This document shows, piece by piece, positions 1 to 10,587 of a DNA stretch of 64,000 nt. Both the position numbers and the translations under genes were made by a program. The DNA comes from Escherichia coli (GTDB lineage: Bacteria; Pseudomonadota; Gammaproteobacteria; Enterobacterales; Enterobacteriaceae): assembly GCF_044324875.1 (NCBI RefSeq), contig NZ_CP172185.1. The stretch is one strand, 5' to 3'. How positions within the stretch are numbered: the stretch's first letter is position 1; each line of letters opens with the position of its first letter. A model generated the notes under the pieces. That model saw nothing but the letters and a program-made list of their open reading frames with translations, searched no databases and was not told the DNA's origin.

Positions 1-398
<398 letters not shown>

Positions 399-417
399 TC
401 TTTTTTGCCTGAAAACT

Positions 418-450
418 AAAGCCTTAGCGTTCTGCGTTAAGGCTTTTTTC
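418..450 (+). terminator. Rho-independent terminator after kdsA
   Basis: Hairpin aagccttagcg...cgttaaggctt followed by T-run. Confidence 0.6.
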
Positions 451-546
451 ATGGGGGCCGGATACAAAAAGGGCCGCAGGCTGTTACCCCTGCGGCCGGT
501 TTCGGGCGCATATTGCCATCACGGCAGCCTGACGCCCGTTTTCACC

Positions 547-654
547 TTACTTCCGGTTACGCCACCAGCTGACAATCACTGCGGTAATAATCCCCGCCAG
601 GATCGGTGCCGCCAGGTCGTGCCAGAAAATCATGGCAAACTGCGCGAGCGTCAT
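547..654 (-). CDS. ldr: Ldr type I toxin peptide (35 aa), copy 1
   Basis: Minus-strand ORF translated by hand: MTLAQFAMIFWHDLAAPILAGIITAVIVSWWRNRK; below ORF-track size cutoff. Confidence 0.8.
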   Translation of the reverse strand: MTLAQFAMIFWHDLAAPILAGIITAVIVSWWRNRK

Positions 655-702
655 ATAGCCGCCTTGTTGTAATGACAACAATTTGCGGCTATTCTTGAAT
701 TG

Positions 703-768
703 TTCTGGTTCAAGATTAGCCCCCGTTCTGTTGTCAGGTTGTACCTCTCAACGTGCGGGGGTTTTCTC
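703..768 (+). ncRNA. rdl: Putative Rdl antisense RNA, copy 1 (approximate ends)
   Basis: Plus-strand TTGTAA-17bp-TATTCT promoter-like hexamers at ~667-695 and terminator hairpin cccccg...cggggg plus T-run at ~719-770; ~66 nt transcript antisense to ldr leader. Confidence 0.4.
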
Positions 769-1081
769 TTTCCAGCAACCAATGCCACCAGGGATAAAGC
801 CCCCGCAACATTGCGCCTCACCGGATAACGCCGGCTTGGTGTGGATACTACGACTCAATTCATCTTCACTTCATCCCTGAAATGTTTGCAATGAAGAGTG
901 CATTCCGGTTTTTCAACAGCTGTTACAGTCGTTTCATGAGTGCTCTGAATGATGCTTCCAGCTCGGGTTGCCAATATTTACTTGTGGAAGAGATAAAGAC
1001 AAAAAGGGCCGCAGGCTGTTACCCCTGCGGCCGGTTTCGGGCGCATATTGCCATCACGGCAGCCTGACGCCCGTTTTCACC

Positions 1082-1189
1082 TTACTTCCGGTTACGCCAC
1101 CAGCTGACAATCGCTGCGGTAATAATTCCCGCCAGGATCGGTGCTGCCAGGTCGTGCCAGAAAATCATGGCAAACTGCGCGAGCGTCAT
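1082..1189 (-). CDS. ldr: Ldr type I toxin peptide (35 aa), copy 2
   Basis: Same ORF in second repeat; one amino-acid difference (V to A) plus synonymous changes. Confidence 0.8.
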   Translation of the reverse strand: MTLAQFAMIFWHDLAAPILAGIITAAIVSWWRNRK

Positions 1190-1237
1190 ATAGCCGCCTT
1201 GTTGTAATGACAACATTTTGCGGCTATTCTTGAAGTG

Positions 1238-1303
1238 TCTGGTTTCAAGATTAGCCCCCGTTTTGTTGTCAGGTTTTACCTCTCAACGTGCGGGGGTTTT
1301 CTC
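1238..1303 (+). ncRNA. rdl: Putative Rdl antisense RNA, copy 2 (approximate ends)
   Basis: Same promoter and terminator elements in second LDR unit. Confidence 0.4.
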
Positions 1304-1593
1304 TTTCCAGCAACCAATGCCACCAGGGATAAAGCCCCCGCAACATTGCGCCTCACCGGATAACGCCGGCTTGGTGTGGATACTACGTCTCAATTCATCT
1401 TCACTTCATCCCTGAAATGTTTGCAATAAAGAGTACATTCCGGCTTTTCAACAGCTGTTGCAGTGGTTTCGTGCAGGTTCTGGTACAGGCTCGCAATTCT
1501 GATTAACAACCTGTTCAGGTAGTATGAAGAAATACAATAAGCAGAAATTTATATTATCTCCCCCGATTTCAGTCATCGGAGGAGATATAACTG

Positions 1594-2694
1594 TCAGGCA
1601 AATATCGTCATCAAATAGGCGGCAAACAGTGCCAGATGCGCTGCGCCATTGAGCACGTTAGTACGTCCGGTGGAGAAGGAGATATGGCACAGCACTAAAG
1701 AGGCCACCATCACCACCATTTCTGGCGCACCAAGTGCAAACTGCAATTCGTTACCCGTCATAAAGGCAATTAGCGTGACGACAGGTACGGTAAGCGAAAT
1801 GGTTGCTAACACTGAACCAAAGAACAGATTCATCGCGCGCTGGACCTGGTTGTTCAACACTGCTTTTAACGCACCTAAACCTTCCGGCGACAGAATCAAC
1901 AGAGCCACCAGGAAGCCAGTAAAGGCGACAGGGGCATTCATGCTGTCGAGCAATGTCTCCAGCGGTCTGGCGTTCATTTTGGTCACCGCAATAACGGCAA
2001 TCAGATGGACAATCAACCAGATAGCATGCCACAGGCTGCTATGGGCAGACGGTTTACCGTGGTGCGGGTCGTCATCATCACTGTCATCTTCGTGCTCGTA
2101 GACAAATAAACTTTGATGCGTTTTGGTCTGGATCAGCAAAAATACGCCATACATTGCCGCAGAAATTAATGCTACCAGTAACGCCTGACCGGTTGAAAAA
2201 TTCGCCACAGGCAGAGCCATTGGAAATACCAGTACGATTATCGCCAGGGGGAACAGCGCAATTAAATACTGCTTGATACCAAACAGATTCATATATTGGG
2301 TGGCAAACTTGCGTCCGCCCAACAATAATGAAAAGCCAACCAGCCCACCGGTAACAATCATAATGATTGAATAGAGCGTATCACGCATTAGCGTTGGTGC
2401 GGCGTCGCCGGTTGCCATTAAAGCTGAAATCAAACTGACTTCAAGAATAACCACTGAAAGGCTAAGAATAAGCGAACCGTAAGGTTCTCCCAGGCGATGG
2501 GCTAATACGTCCGCATGACGGACAACACTAAAGGCGCTACTTAAAATACCAATAAGAGCAAGAAGATTGATGCCAATGACCACTGGTAGTGTCTGGCTGC
2601 TTCCCCACAGGAACAGCACTACCAGCGCCAGAACCGGGAAAATAAGCGAAGTCTCCTTGTGGCGGGTTTTTACCGCCTCTTGAGCATTTGACAT
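1594..2694 (-). CDS. chaA: Ca2+/H+ (Na+/H+) antiporter ChaA
   Basis: 366-aa polytopic membrane ORF starting MSNAQEAVKTRHKE; the longer 395-aa ORF in the track is an upstream extension. Confidence 0.9.
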   Translation of the reverse strand: MSNAQEAVKTRHKETSLIFPVLALVVLFLWGSSQTLPVVIGINLLALIGILSSAFSVVRHADVLAHRLGEPYGSLILSLSVVILEVSLISALMATGDAAPTLMRDTLYSIIMIVTGGLVGFSLLLGGRKFATQYMNLFGIKQYLIALFPLAIIVLVFPMALPVANFSTGQALLVALISAAMYGVFLLIQTKTHQSLFVYEHEDDSDDDDPHHGKPSAHSSLWHAIWLIVHLIAVIAVTKMNARPLETLLDSMNAPVAFTGFLVALLILSPEGLGALKAVLNNQVQRAMNLFFGSVLATISLTVPVVTLIAFMTGNELQFALGAPEMVVMVASLVLCHISFSTGRTNVLNGAAHLALFAAYLMTIFA

Positions 2695-2963
2695 TATGGT
2701 TATCCCTTTGCAGATGAATTTATCGAAAATGTAAAAAATAGGTAGGAAAAATAACAGAAAGTGTCTGGATATCGGTAACATTTTACGAATTTTTACCCCG
2801 CTGTCGATTTTTTACTCATCGGGCCATAAAAATAAGCAATGCGTTTAGACAATGTTTGTTTTAGCGTTTCTTAAGAAGAGTCTGACATGAAAATTCTTAT
2901 GTTTTGGCAAGAGTGGATATTGTTGACCACACTTAATGTTCAACTTTGTAAAAGGAGTCAACG

Positions 2964-3194
2964 ATGCCGTATAAAACGAAAAGCGATCTGCCGGAAAGCG
3001 TAAAGCACGTGCTACCGTCTCATGCTCAGGATATCTATAAAGAAGCGTTCAACAGCGCATGGGATCAATATAAAGATAAAGAAGATCGGCGTGATGACGC
3101 CAGTCGCGAAGAAACCGCGCATAAAGTGGCCTGGGCTGCTGTGAAGCATGAATATGCCAAAGGGGATGATGATAAATGGCATAAAAAATCGTAA
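2964..3194 (+). CDS. chaB: Cation transport regulator ChaB
   Basis: 76-aa ORF, synteny after chaA. Confidence 0.85.
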   Translation: MPYKTKSDLPESVKHVLPSHAQDIYKEAFNSAWDQYKDKEDRRDDASREETAHKVAWAAVKHEYAKGDDDKWHKKS

Positions 3195-3351
3195 AACCGG
3201 TAGCTTAGTTAAAGCTATTCGTGCGGTGTTGCCTTGCAAGTGGTCCGTGGATTGCATATTGTCCCGTTAGTGGTTTCAAAATGAGCAGTAAAAATGTCCG
3301 GAAGACACCAAAAAGTTGTCGCAGGGAAGTATGCAGTGGCGGAGGTGTAAG

Positions 3352-4047
3352 GTGATAACGCGTGATTTCTTGATGAATGCCGATTGTAAAACGGCATTTG
3401 GTGCCATTGAAGAATCACTCTTATGGTCAGCAGAGCAACGGGCGGCTTCGCTGGCGGCGACGCTGGCTTGTCGACCTGATGAGGGACCGGTGTGGATCTT
3501 CGGTTATGGATCGTTGATGTGGAATCCGGCACTGGAGTTTACCGAGTCGTGCACCGGTACACTGGTTGGATGGCATCGCGCGTTTTGCCTGCGTCTGACC
3601 GCCGGGCGCGGGACTGCGCACCAGCCGGGACGAATGCTTGCACTGAAAGAGGGCGGACGCACCACAGGCGTCGCCTATCGACTGCCAGAAGAGACGCTGG
3701 AGCAGGAACTAACCCTGTTGTGGAAGCGCGAGATGATTACCGGCTGTTATCTGCCAACCTGGTGTCAGCTTGATCTTGATGATGGACGCACAGTAAACGC
3801 CATTGTGTTTATTATGGACCCGCGACATCCAGAATATGAATCTGACACTCGCGCTCAGGTCATCGCGCCGTTGATTGCGGCGGCGAGCGGTCCACTGGGA
3901 ACCAACGCACAATACCTGTTTTCACTGGAACAGGAGCTTATCAAACTGGGAATGCAGGACGATGGGCTGAATGATTTGCTGGTATCGGTAAAAAAACTGC
4001 TGGCGGAGAATTATCCGGATGGTGTGTTACGGCCGGGATTCGCCTGA
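3352..4047 (+). CDS. chaC: Glutathione-specific gamma-glutamylcyclotransferase ChaC
   Basis: ORF with GTG start preceded by GGAGG; MITRDFLMNADCKTAF; 231 aa. Confidence 0.8.
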   Translation: MITRDFLMNADCKTAFGAIEESLLWSAEQRAASLAATLACRPDEGPVWIFGYGSLMWNPALEFTESCTGTLVGWHRAFCLRLTAGRGTAHQPGRMLALKEGGRTTGVAYRLPEETLEQELTLLWKREMITGCYLPTWCQLDLDDGRTVNAIVFIMDPRHPEYESDTRAQVIAPLIAAASGPLGTNAQYLFSLEQELIKLGMQDDGLNDLLVSVKKLLAENYPDGVLRPGFA

Positions 4048-4090
4048 GTAAACTTCCCTCATAGTGGGGCGTCAGACGCCCCCTCAAACA

Positions 4091-4444
4091 CTAAAATGTG
4101 AGCACTTTATCGGCTGACAGCGTCCATTGCGCCAGTTCCACAAGCGTACCGATTTCCACCCCATCAATCAGAGGAAGTGTGCTAATCCCGCGTCCGTCAG
4201 TACAGGTTTTGCACAATTTCACCGGTACATTCTGAGCGGTAAGGATCTCCAGCATTTGCTGAATGTTGTAGCCTTCCCCTGGTTTTTGCCCGCGCAACCC
4301 GGCTGTGACCGCATCAGACATCAGGAACAGGCGCAGATCCAGATTGCTCTCCTGCTCTCGTAACGCAATGGCCAGCCGCAAGCTGTTAAACAAGGATTCG
4401 CTCCCGTAAGGTGCGCCATTGGCAACGATCACGATTTTTTGCAT
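4091..4444 (-). CDS. ychN: DsrE/DsrF-like protein YchN
   Basis: 117-aa ORF, synteny. Confidence 0.85.
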   Translation of the reverse strand: MQKIVIVANGAPYGSESLFNSLRLAIALREQESNLDLRLFLMSDAVTAGLRGQKPGEGYNIQQMLEILTAQNVPVKLCKTCTDGRGISTLPLIDGVEIGTLVELAQWTLSADKVLTF

Positions 4445-4461
4445 TATTTACTCCTGTATTC

Positions 4462-4565
<104 letters not shown>

Positions 4566-4593
4566 TTGCCAGTAATCGTTATTCTTTAGGGCT

Positions 4594-6024
4594 ATGGTTT
4601 TTCATTTTTTACCGGAAGTTACCGACGTTTTGAGCCGTTTCGTTCCTCGCATTATTCCGTTTTATTTACTCTTGCTGGCGGCAGGCGGTACAGCTAACGC
4701 ACAATCTACCTTCGAGCAAAAAGCGGCAAATCCCTTTGATAATAACAATGATGGTCTGCCGGATTTAGGCATGGCACCTGAAAATCATGATGGGGAAAAA
4801 CACTTTGCTGAAATTGTGAAAGATTTCGGCGAAACCAGTATGAATGATAACGGGCTGGATACTGGCGAGCAGGCAAAAGCTTTCGCATTGGGAAAAGTCC
4901 GCGATGCGCTTAGTCAACAGGTTAATCAGCACGTAGAGTCCTGGCTATCACCGTGGGGAAATGCCAGTGTTGACGTCAAAGTGGATAACGAAGGACATTT
5001 CACCGGCAGTCGTGGAAGCTGGTTTGTGCCGTTACAAGATAATGATCGTTATCTCACCTGGAGCCAGCTTGGTCTTACTCAGCAGGATGATGGGCTGGTG
5101 AGCAATGTGGGCGTTGGGCAACGCTGGGCGCGCGGCAGCTGGCTGGTGGGTTATAACACTTTTTATGACAACTTGCTGGACGAAAATCTTCAGCGAGCGG
5201 GCTTCGGTGCCGAAGCGTGGGGCGAATATTTGCGACTATCGGCAAACTTTTATCAGCCGTTTGCTGCATGGCATGAACAGACAGCCACGCAGGAACAACG
5301 GATGGCGCGCGGGTACGACCTGACAGCCCGGATGCGCATGCCGTTTTATCAACACCTCAATACCAGTGTCAGCGTAGAACAGTATTTTGGTGATCGTGTT
5401 GATTTGTTTAACTCTGGTACGGGTTATCACAATCCCGTCGCGTTGAGTCTGGGATTAAATTATACCCCAGTGCCATTAGTCACTGTGACGGCCCAGCATA
5501 AACAGGGTGAAAGTGGCGAGAATCAAAATAACCTCGGGCTGAATCTTAATTACCGCTTTGGTGTACCGCTCAAAAAACAACTTTCTGCGGGCGAGGTTGC
5601 CGAAAGTCAGTCGTTACGTGGTAGTCGCTATGACAATCCGCAGCGAAATAATCTTCCGACTCTTGAGTACCGACAGCGAAAAACGTTAACGGTGTTTCTG
5701 GCGACACCGCCGTGGGATCTAAAACCTGGCGAAACAGTGCCGCTGAAATTACAAATCCGCAGTCGTTATGGTATTCGGCAACTGATTTGGCAGGGCGATA
5801 CGCAGATATTAAGTTTAACGCCAGGCGCACAAGCCAACAGCGCGGAGGGCTGGACGCTGATCATGCCTGACTGGCAAAACGGGGAAGGGGCAAGCAATCA
5901 CTGGCGATTGTCGGTGGTGGTGGAAGATAACCAGGGGCAGCGTGTCTCCTCCAATGAGATCACGCTAACGCTTGTCGAACCGTTCGACGCATTGTCAAAC
6001 GACGAACTGCGCTGGGAACCGTAA
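4594..6024 (+). CDS. ychO: Invasin/intimin-like outer-membrane protein YchO (start uncertain)
   Basis: 476-aa ORF with N-terminal signal-like segment; synteny between ychN and narL. Confidence 0.7.
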   Translation: MVFHFLPEVTDVLSRFVPRIIPFYLLLLAAGGTANAQSTFEQKAANPFDNNNDGLPDLGMAPENHDGEKHFAEIVKDFGETSMNDNGLDTGEQAKAFALGKVRDALSQQVNQHVESWLSPWGNASVDVKVDNEGHFTGSRGSWFVPLQDNDRYLTWSQLGLTQQDDGLVSNVGVGQRWARGSWLVGYNTFYDNLLDENLQRAGFGAEAWGEYLRLSANFYQPFAAWHEQTATQEQRMARGYDLTARMRMPFYQHLNTSVSVEQYFGDRVDLFNSGTGYHNPVALSLGLNYTPVPLVTVTAQHKQGESGENQNNLGLNLNYRFGVPLKKQLSAGEVAESQSLRGSRYDNPQRNNLPTLEYRQRKTLTVFLATPPWDLKPGETVPLKLQIRSRYGIRQLIWQGDTQILSLTPGAQANSAEGWTLIMPDWQNGEGASNHWRLSVVVEDNQGQRVSSNEITLTLVEPFDALSNDELRWEP

Positions 6025-6675
6025 TCAGAAAATGCGCTCCTGATGCACCCATACCGCTGCTTCCACGCGAGACTTGAGCTTCATTTTCTTCAGCATGTGC
6101 TTGACGTGCACTTTTACTGTGCTTTCGGTGATGTCCAGGCGGCGGGCAATCATCTTGTTCGGCAAACCCTGGGCAATCAGCTTGAGAATATCGCGCTCGC
6201 GTGGGGTTAACTGGTTAACATCGCGCTCAGTAGTGGCACGGTTAGCGCGCAAGCTGGCGGCCAGAACAGGCGTTAATGCTTCGCTTAATACCATTTCGCC
6301 AGCAGCTGCCTGATGCAATGCTTTCAGCAGATCTTCCGGTTCCATATCTTTTAACAGATAGCCATCCGCGCCGCGTTTCAGTGCGGTGACCACATCTTCT
6401 TCATGGTTAGAGACGCTGAATACCACAATGCGCCCTGAGAGGGACTTTTCGCGGAGTTTATCCAGCGTTTCCAGACCATTCATGCCGGGCATATTGAGAT
6501 CTAACAGGATCAGATCGGGATCAAGAGATTCCGCCAGTTCAATACCCTGTTCGCCATTACTCGCTTCGCCAACCACGCTGATATCTGGTGCCATACTGAT
6601 AAGCTGTTTTACGCCAGTTCGCAGCATCGGGTGATCGTCGATCAGCAGGATAGTAGCCGGTTCCTGATTACTCAT
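6025..6675 (-). CDS. narL: Nitrate/nitrite response regulator NarL
   Basis: 216-aa [24 protein letters not shown]; receiver plus LuxR-type HTH; start overlaps narX end. Confidence 0.95.
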   Translation of the reverse strand: MSNQEPATILLIDDHPMLRTGVKQLISMAPDISVVGEASNGEQGIELAESLDPDLILLDLNMPGMNGLETLDKLREKSLSGRIVVFSVSNHEEDVVTALKRGADGYLLKDMEPEDLLKALHQAAAGEMVLSEALTPVLAASLRANRATTERDVNQLTPRERDILKLIAQGLPNKMIARRLDITESTVKVHVKHMLKKMKLKSRVEAAVWVHQERIF

Positions 6676-8464
6676 GGGTATCTCCTTGGACGTCTGTGAA
6701 AGTTTTTTCGGGAATAAAGGTGACAACCACTTCGGTGCCACCTGATTCACGACGGCGGACGCGGCAATCGCCTCGTAAACTTTGCGCACGGTCGCGCATT
6801 ATTATCATGCCGTAGTGATTGCTGCGGATGGCATTTTCAGGCACGCCGCAGCCGTTATCCTGGACGGTCAGTTTGACCTGATTATCGTTTTGCGCCACCG
6901 TCACCAAGACCTCACTCGCTTGCGAATGTTTGAGGGCGTTACTTAATGCCTCACGGGCAATTTGCAACAAGTGGATTGCCTGATGCGAAGGCACCAGACG
7001 AGGTGGCAATTGATAATCCAGCTTCACCGGGAAGCCAAATTTGGCGCTGTACTCTTCGCAACTCGCCTCCAGCGCTGGACGTAATCCAGGCTCGGTGAGC
7101 TGCAAGCGGAATGTGGTGAGCAATTCACGCAACTGCGCCCAGGATGCATTCAGTTCGTTACGGATCTGACTTAACAGTTCGCGGCTGCTTTCTGGCAGCG
7201 CATCGCCCTGCATCTGTAAACAACTCACCTGCATCTTCATGCAAGAGAGAGATTGGGCAATAGAATCATGCAGTTCGCGCGCAATGGTGGCACGCTCTTC
7301 CATCACGATCAACTGTTGCTGACGTTCCTGATGGCGATCCAACGCCAGCGTGGCGGTGAGTTGTTCAACCAGGGTATCCACCAGTTGTTGTTGATCATGG
7401 CTAAGATGACGCCCCTGCGGTAGGGTCGCCAGCAAAATGCCGTACTGCGTATGAGAGTCAGCCAGCCGCCACTTCAGGGTTGTGCCGCGATCGCCAACGG
7501 GTAATACGCCGCGCGGGCAGAGCTGGCAGCCTTTATCATCACAAGTCATATCTGGCTGGCAGGTAAACTCCTGATGATTCTCTTCATCATCAGTGTCATA
7601 CACCCGCAGTTCGATATCACGTAGCAGGGTCAAATTCTGTAAGCCGTTGAGTACAGGTGACAGGCGTTCACACAGCGGGGCGCGGGAATGCAAACGGCGG
7701 TTAGCCTGCCATAAAAAAGAGAGGATCTGATTTTTATGCTCCAGCCCGGCAGTTTTCTCCTGAACCCGCTGCTCAAGTACGGCATAACTTTCGGCCAGTT
7801 CTGCAGACATATTGTTCAATGCAGTTCCAAGCATCGCCATTTCGTTGCGCCCGCTGATGTTTGCGCGTTGGGTAAAATCGCGATGGCTGACGGCACTCGC
7901 CATTGCCAGCAGTTGCCGCCACGGTTGTAGCAATCGCGCCCGCAACCAGATAATAGTGAACACCAGTAAAAGTGCCATAAATACCGCCATTACCCGATGG
8001 ACCAGCACCACTGTCTCAATGCGCATTTCCGTGGTGCGGTCAAAACCAGATACCAGCTGATCAAGCCCGGCAACAAACTGGCTGACATCCGCTGACACCG
8101 TTTCGCGGTTTTGTGCACGCATCAGCGTAGGGATCAGTTCATTACGCCAGTAATCTTGTAAACCCTGTAATTGCGCCAGTTGTCCGTCTCCTTCTGCTGC
8201 TCGGGTTAACTCGGCGCTAAATGCCGTTTGTTCCATTTCTTTAATTAAGGGCTTGTCTTTCTCGCTTAATGGCACTGCTGCCAACAGACGGTAACTTTGC
8301 ATGCGCAGCGATCCCGCTTTGTTGATCGCATGGGCGCTGCCCTGAACGCCTTGCACCAGCCAGCCAGAAACCGCCATCCCTGCCAGTCCAATAGCAGTAG
8401 AAAGCAACACAATAAGCGCAACCTGATTAACCAGGGTGAGCGGAGAGAGACAACGTTTAAGCAT
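6668..8464 (-). CDS. narX: Nitrate/nitrite sensor histidine kinase NarX
   Basis: 598-aa ORF, two TM segments, HAMP and kinase core; overlaps narL by 8 bp. Confidence 0.95.
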   Translation of the reverse strand: MLKRCLSPLTLVNQVALIVLLSTAIGLAGMAVSGWLVQGVQGSAHAINKAGSLRMQSYRLLAAVPLSEKDKPLIKEMEQTAFSAELTRAAEGDGQLAQLQGLQDYWRNELIPTLMRAQNRETVSADVSQFVAGLDQLVSGFDRTTEMRIETVVLVHRVMAVFMALLLVFTIIWLRARLLQPWRQLLAMASAVSHRDFTQRANISGRNEMAMLGTALNNMSAELAESYAVLEQRVQEKTAGLEHKNQILSFLWQANRRLHSRAPLCERLSPVLNGLQNLTLLRDIELRVYDTDDEENHQEFTCQPDMTCDDKGCQLCPRGVLPVGDRGTTLKWRLADSHTQYGILLATLPQGRHLSHDQQQLVDTLVEQLTATLALDRHQERQQQLIVMEERATIARELHDSIAQSLSCMKMQVSCLQMQGDALPESSRELLSQIRNELNASWAQLRELLTTFRLQLTEPGLRPALEASCEEYSAKFGFPVKLDYQLPPRLVPSHQAIHLLQIAREALSNALKHSQASEVLVTVAQNDNQVKLTVQDNGCGVPENAIRSNHYGMIIMRDRAQSLRGDCRVRRRESGGTEVVVTFIPEKTFTDVQGDTHE

Positions 8465-8729
8465 GTAAACCTCTTCCTTCAGGCTTTAAATGAGCAATAA
8501 CCTTAATGAATGTGACGATACATTCTGGAATGGCAGTATTCTCGGCTATTGGCTGAAGTATACCCATACCCGGAAAGAGTTACTCCTTATTTGCCGTGTG
8601 GTTAGTCGCTTTACATCGGTAAGGGTAGGGATTTTACAGCACCGTGAAAAATCTCATAATTTTTATGAAATCACTGTACTCACTATGGGTAATGATAAAT
8701 ATCAATGATAGATAAAGTTATCTTATCGT

Positions 8730-8743
8730 TTGATTTACATCAA
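8730..8743 (+). promoter_or_regulatory. FNR box upstream of narK
   Basis: TTGAT-ttac-ATCAA palindrome ~60 bp upstream of narK start. Confidence 0.6.
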
Positions 8744-8802
8744 ATTGCCTTTAGCTACAGACACTAAGGTGGCAGACATCGAAACGAGTATCAGAGGTGT
8801 CT

Positions 8803-10194
8803 ATGAGTCACTCATCCGCCCCCGAAAGGGCTACTGGAGCTGTCATTACAGATTGGCGACCGGAAGATCCTGCGTTCTGGCAACAACGCGGTCAACGTAT
8901 TGCCAGCCGCAACCTGTGGATTTCCGTTCCCTGTCTGCTGCTGGCGTTTTGCGTATGGATGTTGTTCAGCGCTGTTGCGGTGAACTTACCAAAAGTTGGT
9001 TTTAATTTTACGACCGATCAGCTATTTATGTTGACTGCGCTGCCTTCGGTTTCTGGCGCGTTATTACGTGTTCCATACTCCTTTATGGTTCCTATCTTCG
9101 GTGGTCGTCGCTGGACGGCGTTCAGCACCGGTATTCTGATTATTCCTTGCGTCTGGCTGGGTTTTGCCGTGCAGGATACCTCCACGCCTTATAGCGTCTT
9201 CATCATCATCTCTCTGCTGTGCGGCTTTGCTGGCGCGAACTTCGCTTCCAGTATGGCAAACATCAGCTTCTTCTTTCCGAAACAGAAGCAGGGTGGCGCG
9301 CTGGGTCTGAATGGTGGTCTGGGCAACATGGGCGTCAGCGTCATGCAGTTGGTTGCTCCGCTGGTGGTATCACTGTCGATTTTCGCAGTATTTGGTAGCC
9401 AGGGTGTCAAACAGCCGGATGGGACTGAGCTGTATCTGGCGAATGCGTCCTGGGTATGGGTGCCGTTCCTTGCCATCTTCACCATTGCGGCGTGGTTTGG
9501 CATGAACGATCTTGCTACCTCGAAAGCCTCCATCAAGGAGCAGTTGCCGGTACTCAAACGGGGTCATCTGTGGATTATGAGCCTGCTGTATCTGGCAACC
9601 TTCGGCTCCTTCATCGGCTTCTCCGCGGGCTTTGCGATGCTGTCAAAAACGCAGTTCCCGGATGTTCAGATTCTGCAATACGCTTTCTTCGGGCCGTTTA
9701 TTGGTGCGCTGGCGCGTTCTGCAGGTGGTGCATTATCTGACCGTCTGGGCGGAACTCGTGTCACACTGGTGAACTTTATCCTGATGGCGATTTTCAGCGG
9801 CCTGCTGTTCCTGACCTTACCGACTGACGGGCAGGGCGGAAGCTTCATGGCGTTCTTCGCGGTCTTCCTGGCGCTGTTCCTGACAGCTGGGCTGGGTAGT
9901 GGTTCCACTTTCCAGATGATTTCCGTGATCTTCCGTAAACTGACAATGGATCGCGTGAAAGCAGAAGGGGGTTCTGACGAACGTGCGATGCGTGAAGCGG
10001 CAACCGACACGGCGGCGGCGCTGGGTTTCATCTCTGCGATTGGCGCGATTGGTGGCTTCTTTATCCCGAAAGCGTTCGGTAGCTCGCTGGCATTAACGGG
10101 TTCGCCAGTCGGCGCAATGAAAGTATTTTTGATTTTCTATATCGCCTGTGTAGTGATTACCTGGGCGGTATATGGTCGGCATTCTAAAAAATAA
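8803..10194 (+). CDS. narK: Nitrate/nitrite antiporter NarK (MFS)
   Basis: 463-aa ORF from ATG at 8803 with AGAGG RBS; MSHSSAPERATGAV. Confidence 0.95.
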   Translation: MSHSSAPERATGAVITDWRPEDPAFWQQRGQRIASRNLWISVPCLLLAFCVWMLFSAVAVNLPKVGFNFTTDQLFMLTALPSVSGALLRVPYSFMVPIFGGRRWTAFSTGILIIPCVWLGFAVQDTSTPYSVFIIISLLCGFAGANFASSMANISFFFPKQKQGGALGLNGGLGNMGVSVMQLVAPLVVSLSIFAVFGSQGVKQPDGTELYLANASWVWVPFLAIFTIAAWFGMNDLATSKASIKEQLPVLKRGHLWIMSLLYLATFGSFIGFSAGFAMLSKTQFPDVQILQYAFFGPFIGALARSAGGALSDRLGGTRVTLVNFILMAIFSGLLFLTLPTDGQGGSFMAFFAVFLALFLTAGLGSGSTFQMISVIFRKLTMDRVKAEGGSDERAMREAATDTAAALGFISAIGAIGGFFIPKAFGSSLALTGSPVGAMKVFLIFYIACVVITWAVYGRHSKK

Positions 10195-10319
10195 ATCTTA
10201 ATATTTGATTATCCTTTGCGCGGCATGATGTCGCGCTTTTTTTATCTGTCGTTTAGTTACAACATACTCATGTGTGAGTGGCTTATTTCGCCGGATTTCA
10301 TTAAGAGCCATTAATATGT

Positions 10320-10349
10320 TACCCATGGGGAATACTCCTTAATACCCAT
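10320..10349 (+). promoter_or_regulatory. NarL heptamer cluster (narG -200 region)
   Basis: TACCCAT, TACTCCT, TACCCAT heptamers ~200 bp upstream of predicted narG transcription start. Confidence 0.6.
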
Positions 10350-10492
10350 CTGCATAAAAATCTTAATAGTTTAAATAACTACAGGTATAAAACGTCTTAA
10401 TTTACAGTCTGTTATGTTGTGGCTGTTAATTATCCTAAAGGGGTATCTTAGGAATTTACTTTATTTTTCATCCCCATCACTCTTGATCGTTA

Positions 10493-10506
10493 TCAATTCT
10501 CACGCT
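10493..10506 (+). promoter_or_regulatory. FNR box of narG promoter
   Basis: TTGAT-cgtt-ATCAA palindrome ~90 bp upstream of narG ATG. Confidence 0.7.
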
Positions 10507-10587
10507 GTTTCAGAGCGTTACCTTGCCCTTAAACATTAGCAATGTCGATTTATCAGAGGGCCGACAGGCTCCCACAGGAGAAAACCG

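Larger units (their letters stand above)
466..945. repeat. Long direct repeat (LDR) unit, copy 1
   Basis: ~480 bp nearly identical to 1001-1480 (offset 535 bp); contains 35-codon ldr ORF. Confidence 0.85.
1001..1480. repeat. Long direct repeat (LDR) unit, copy 2
   Basis: Near-identical to 466-945 with a few substitutions. Confidence 0.85.

Noticed and set aside
451-1415. 61-79 aa plus-strand ORFs in the LDR units
   Set aside because: Duplicated artefacts; the biologically supported product is the 35-aa Ldr peptide on the minus strand.
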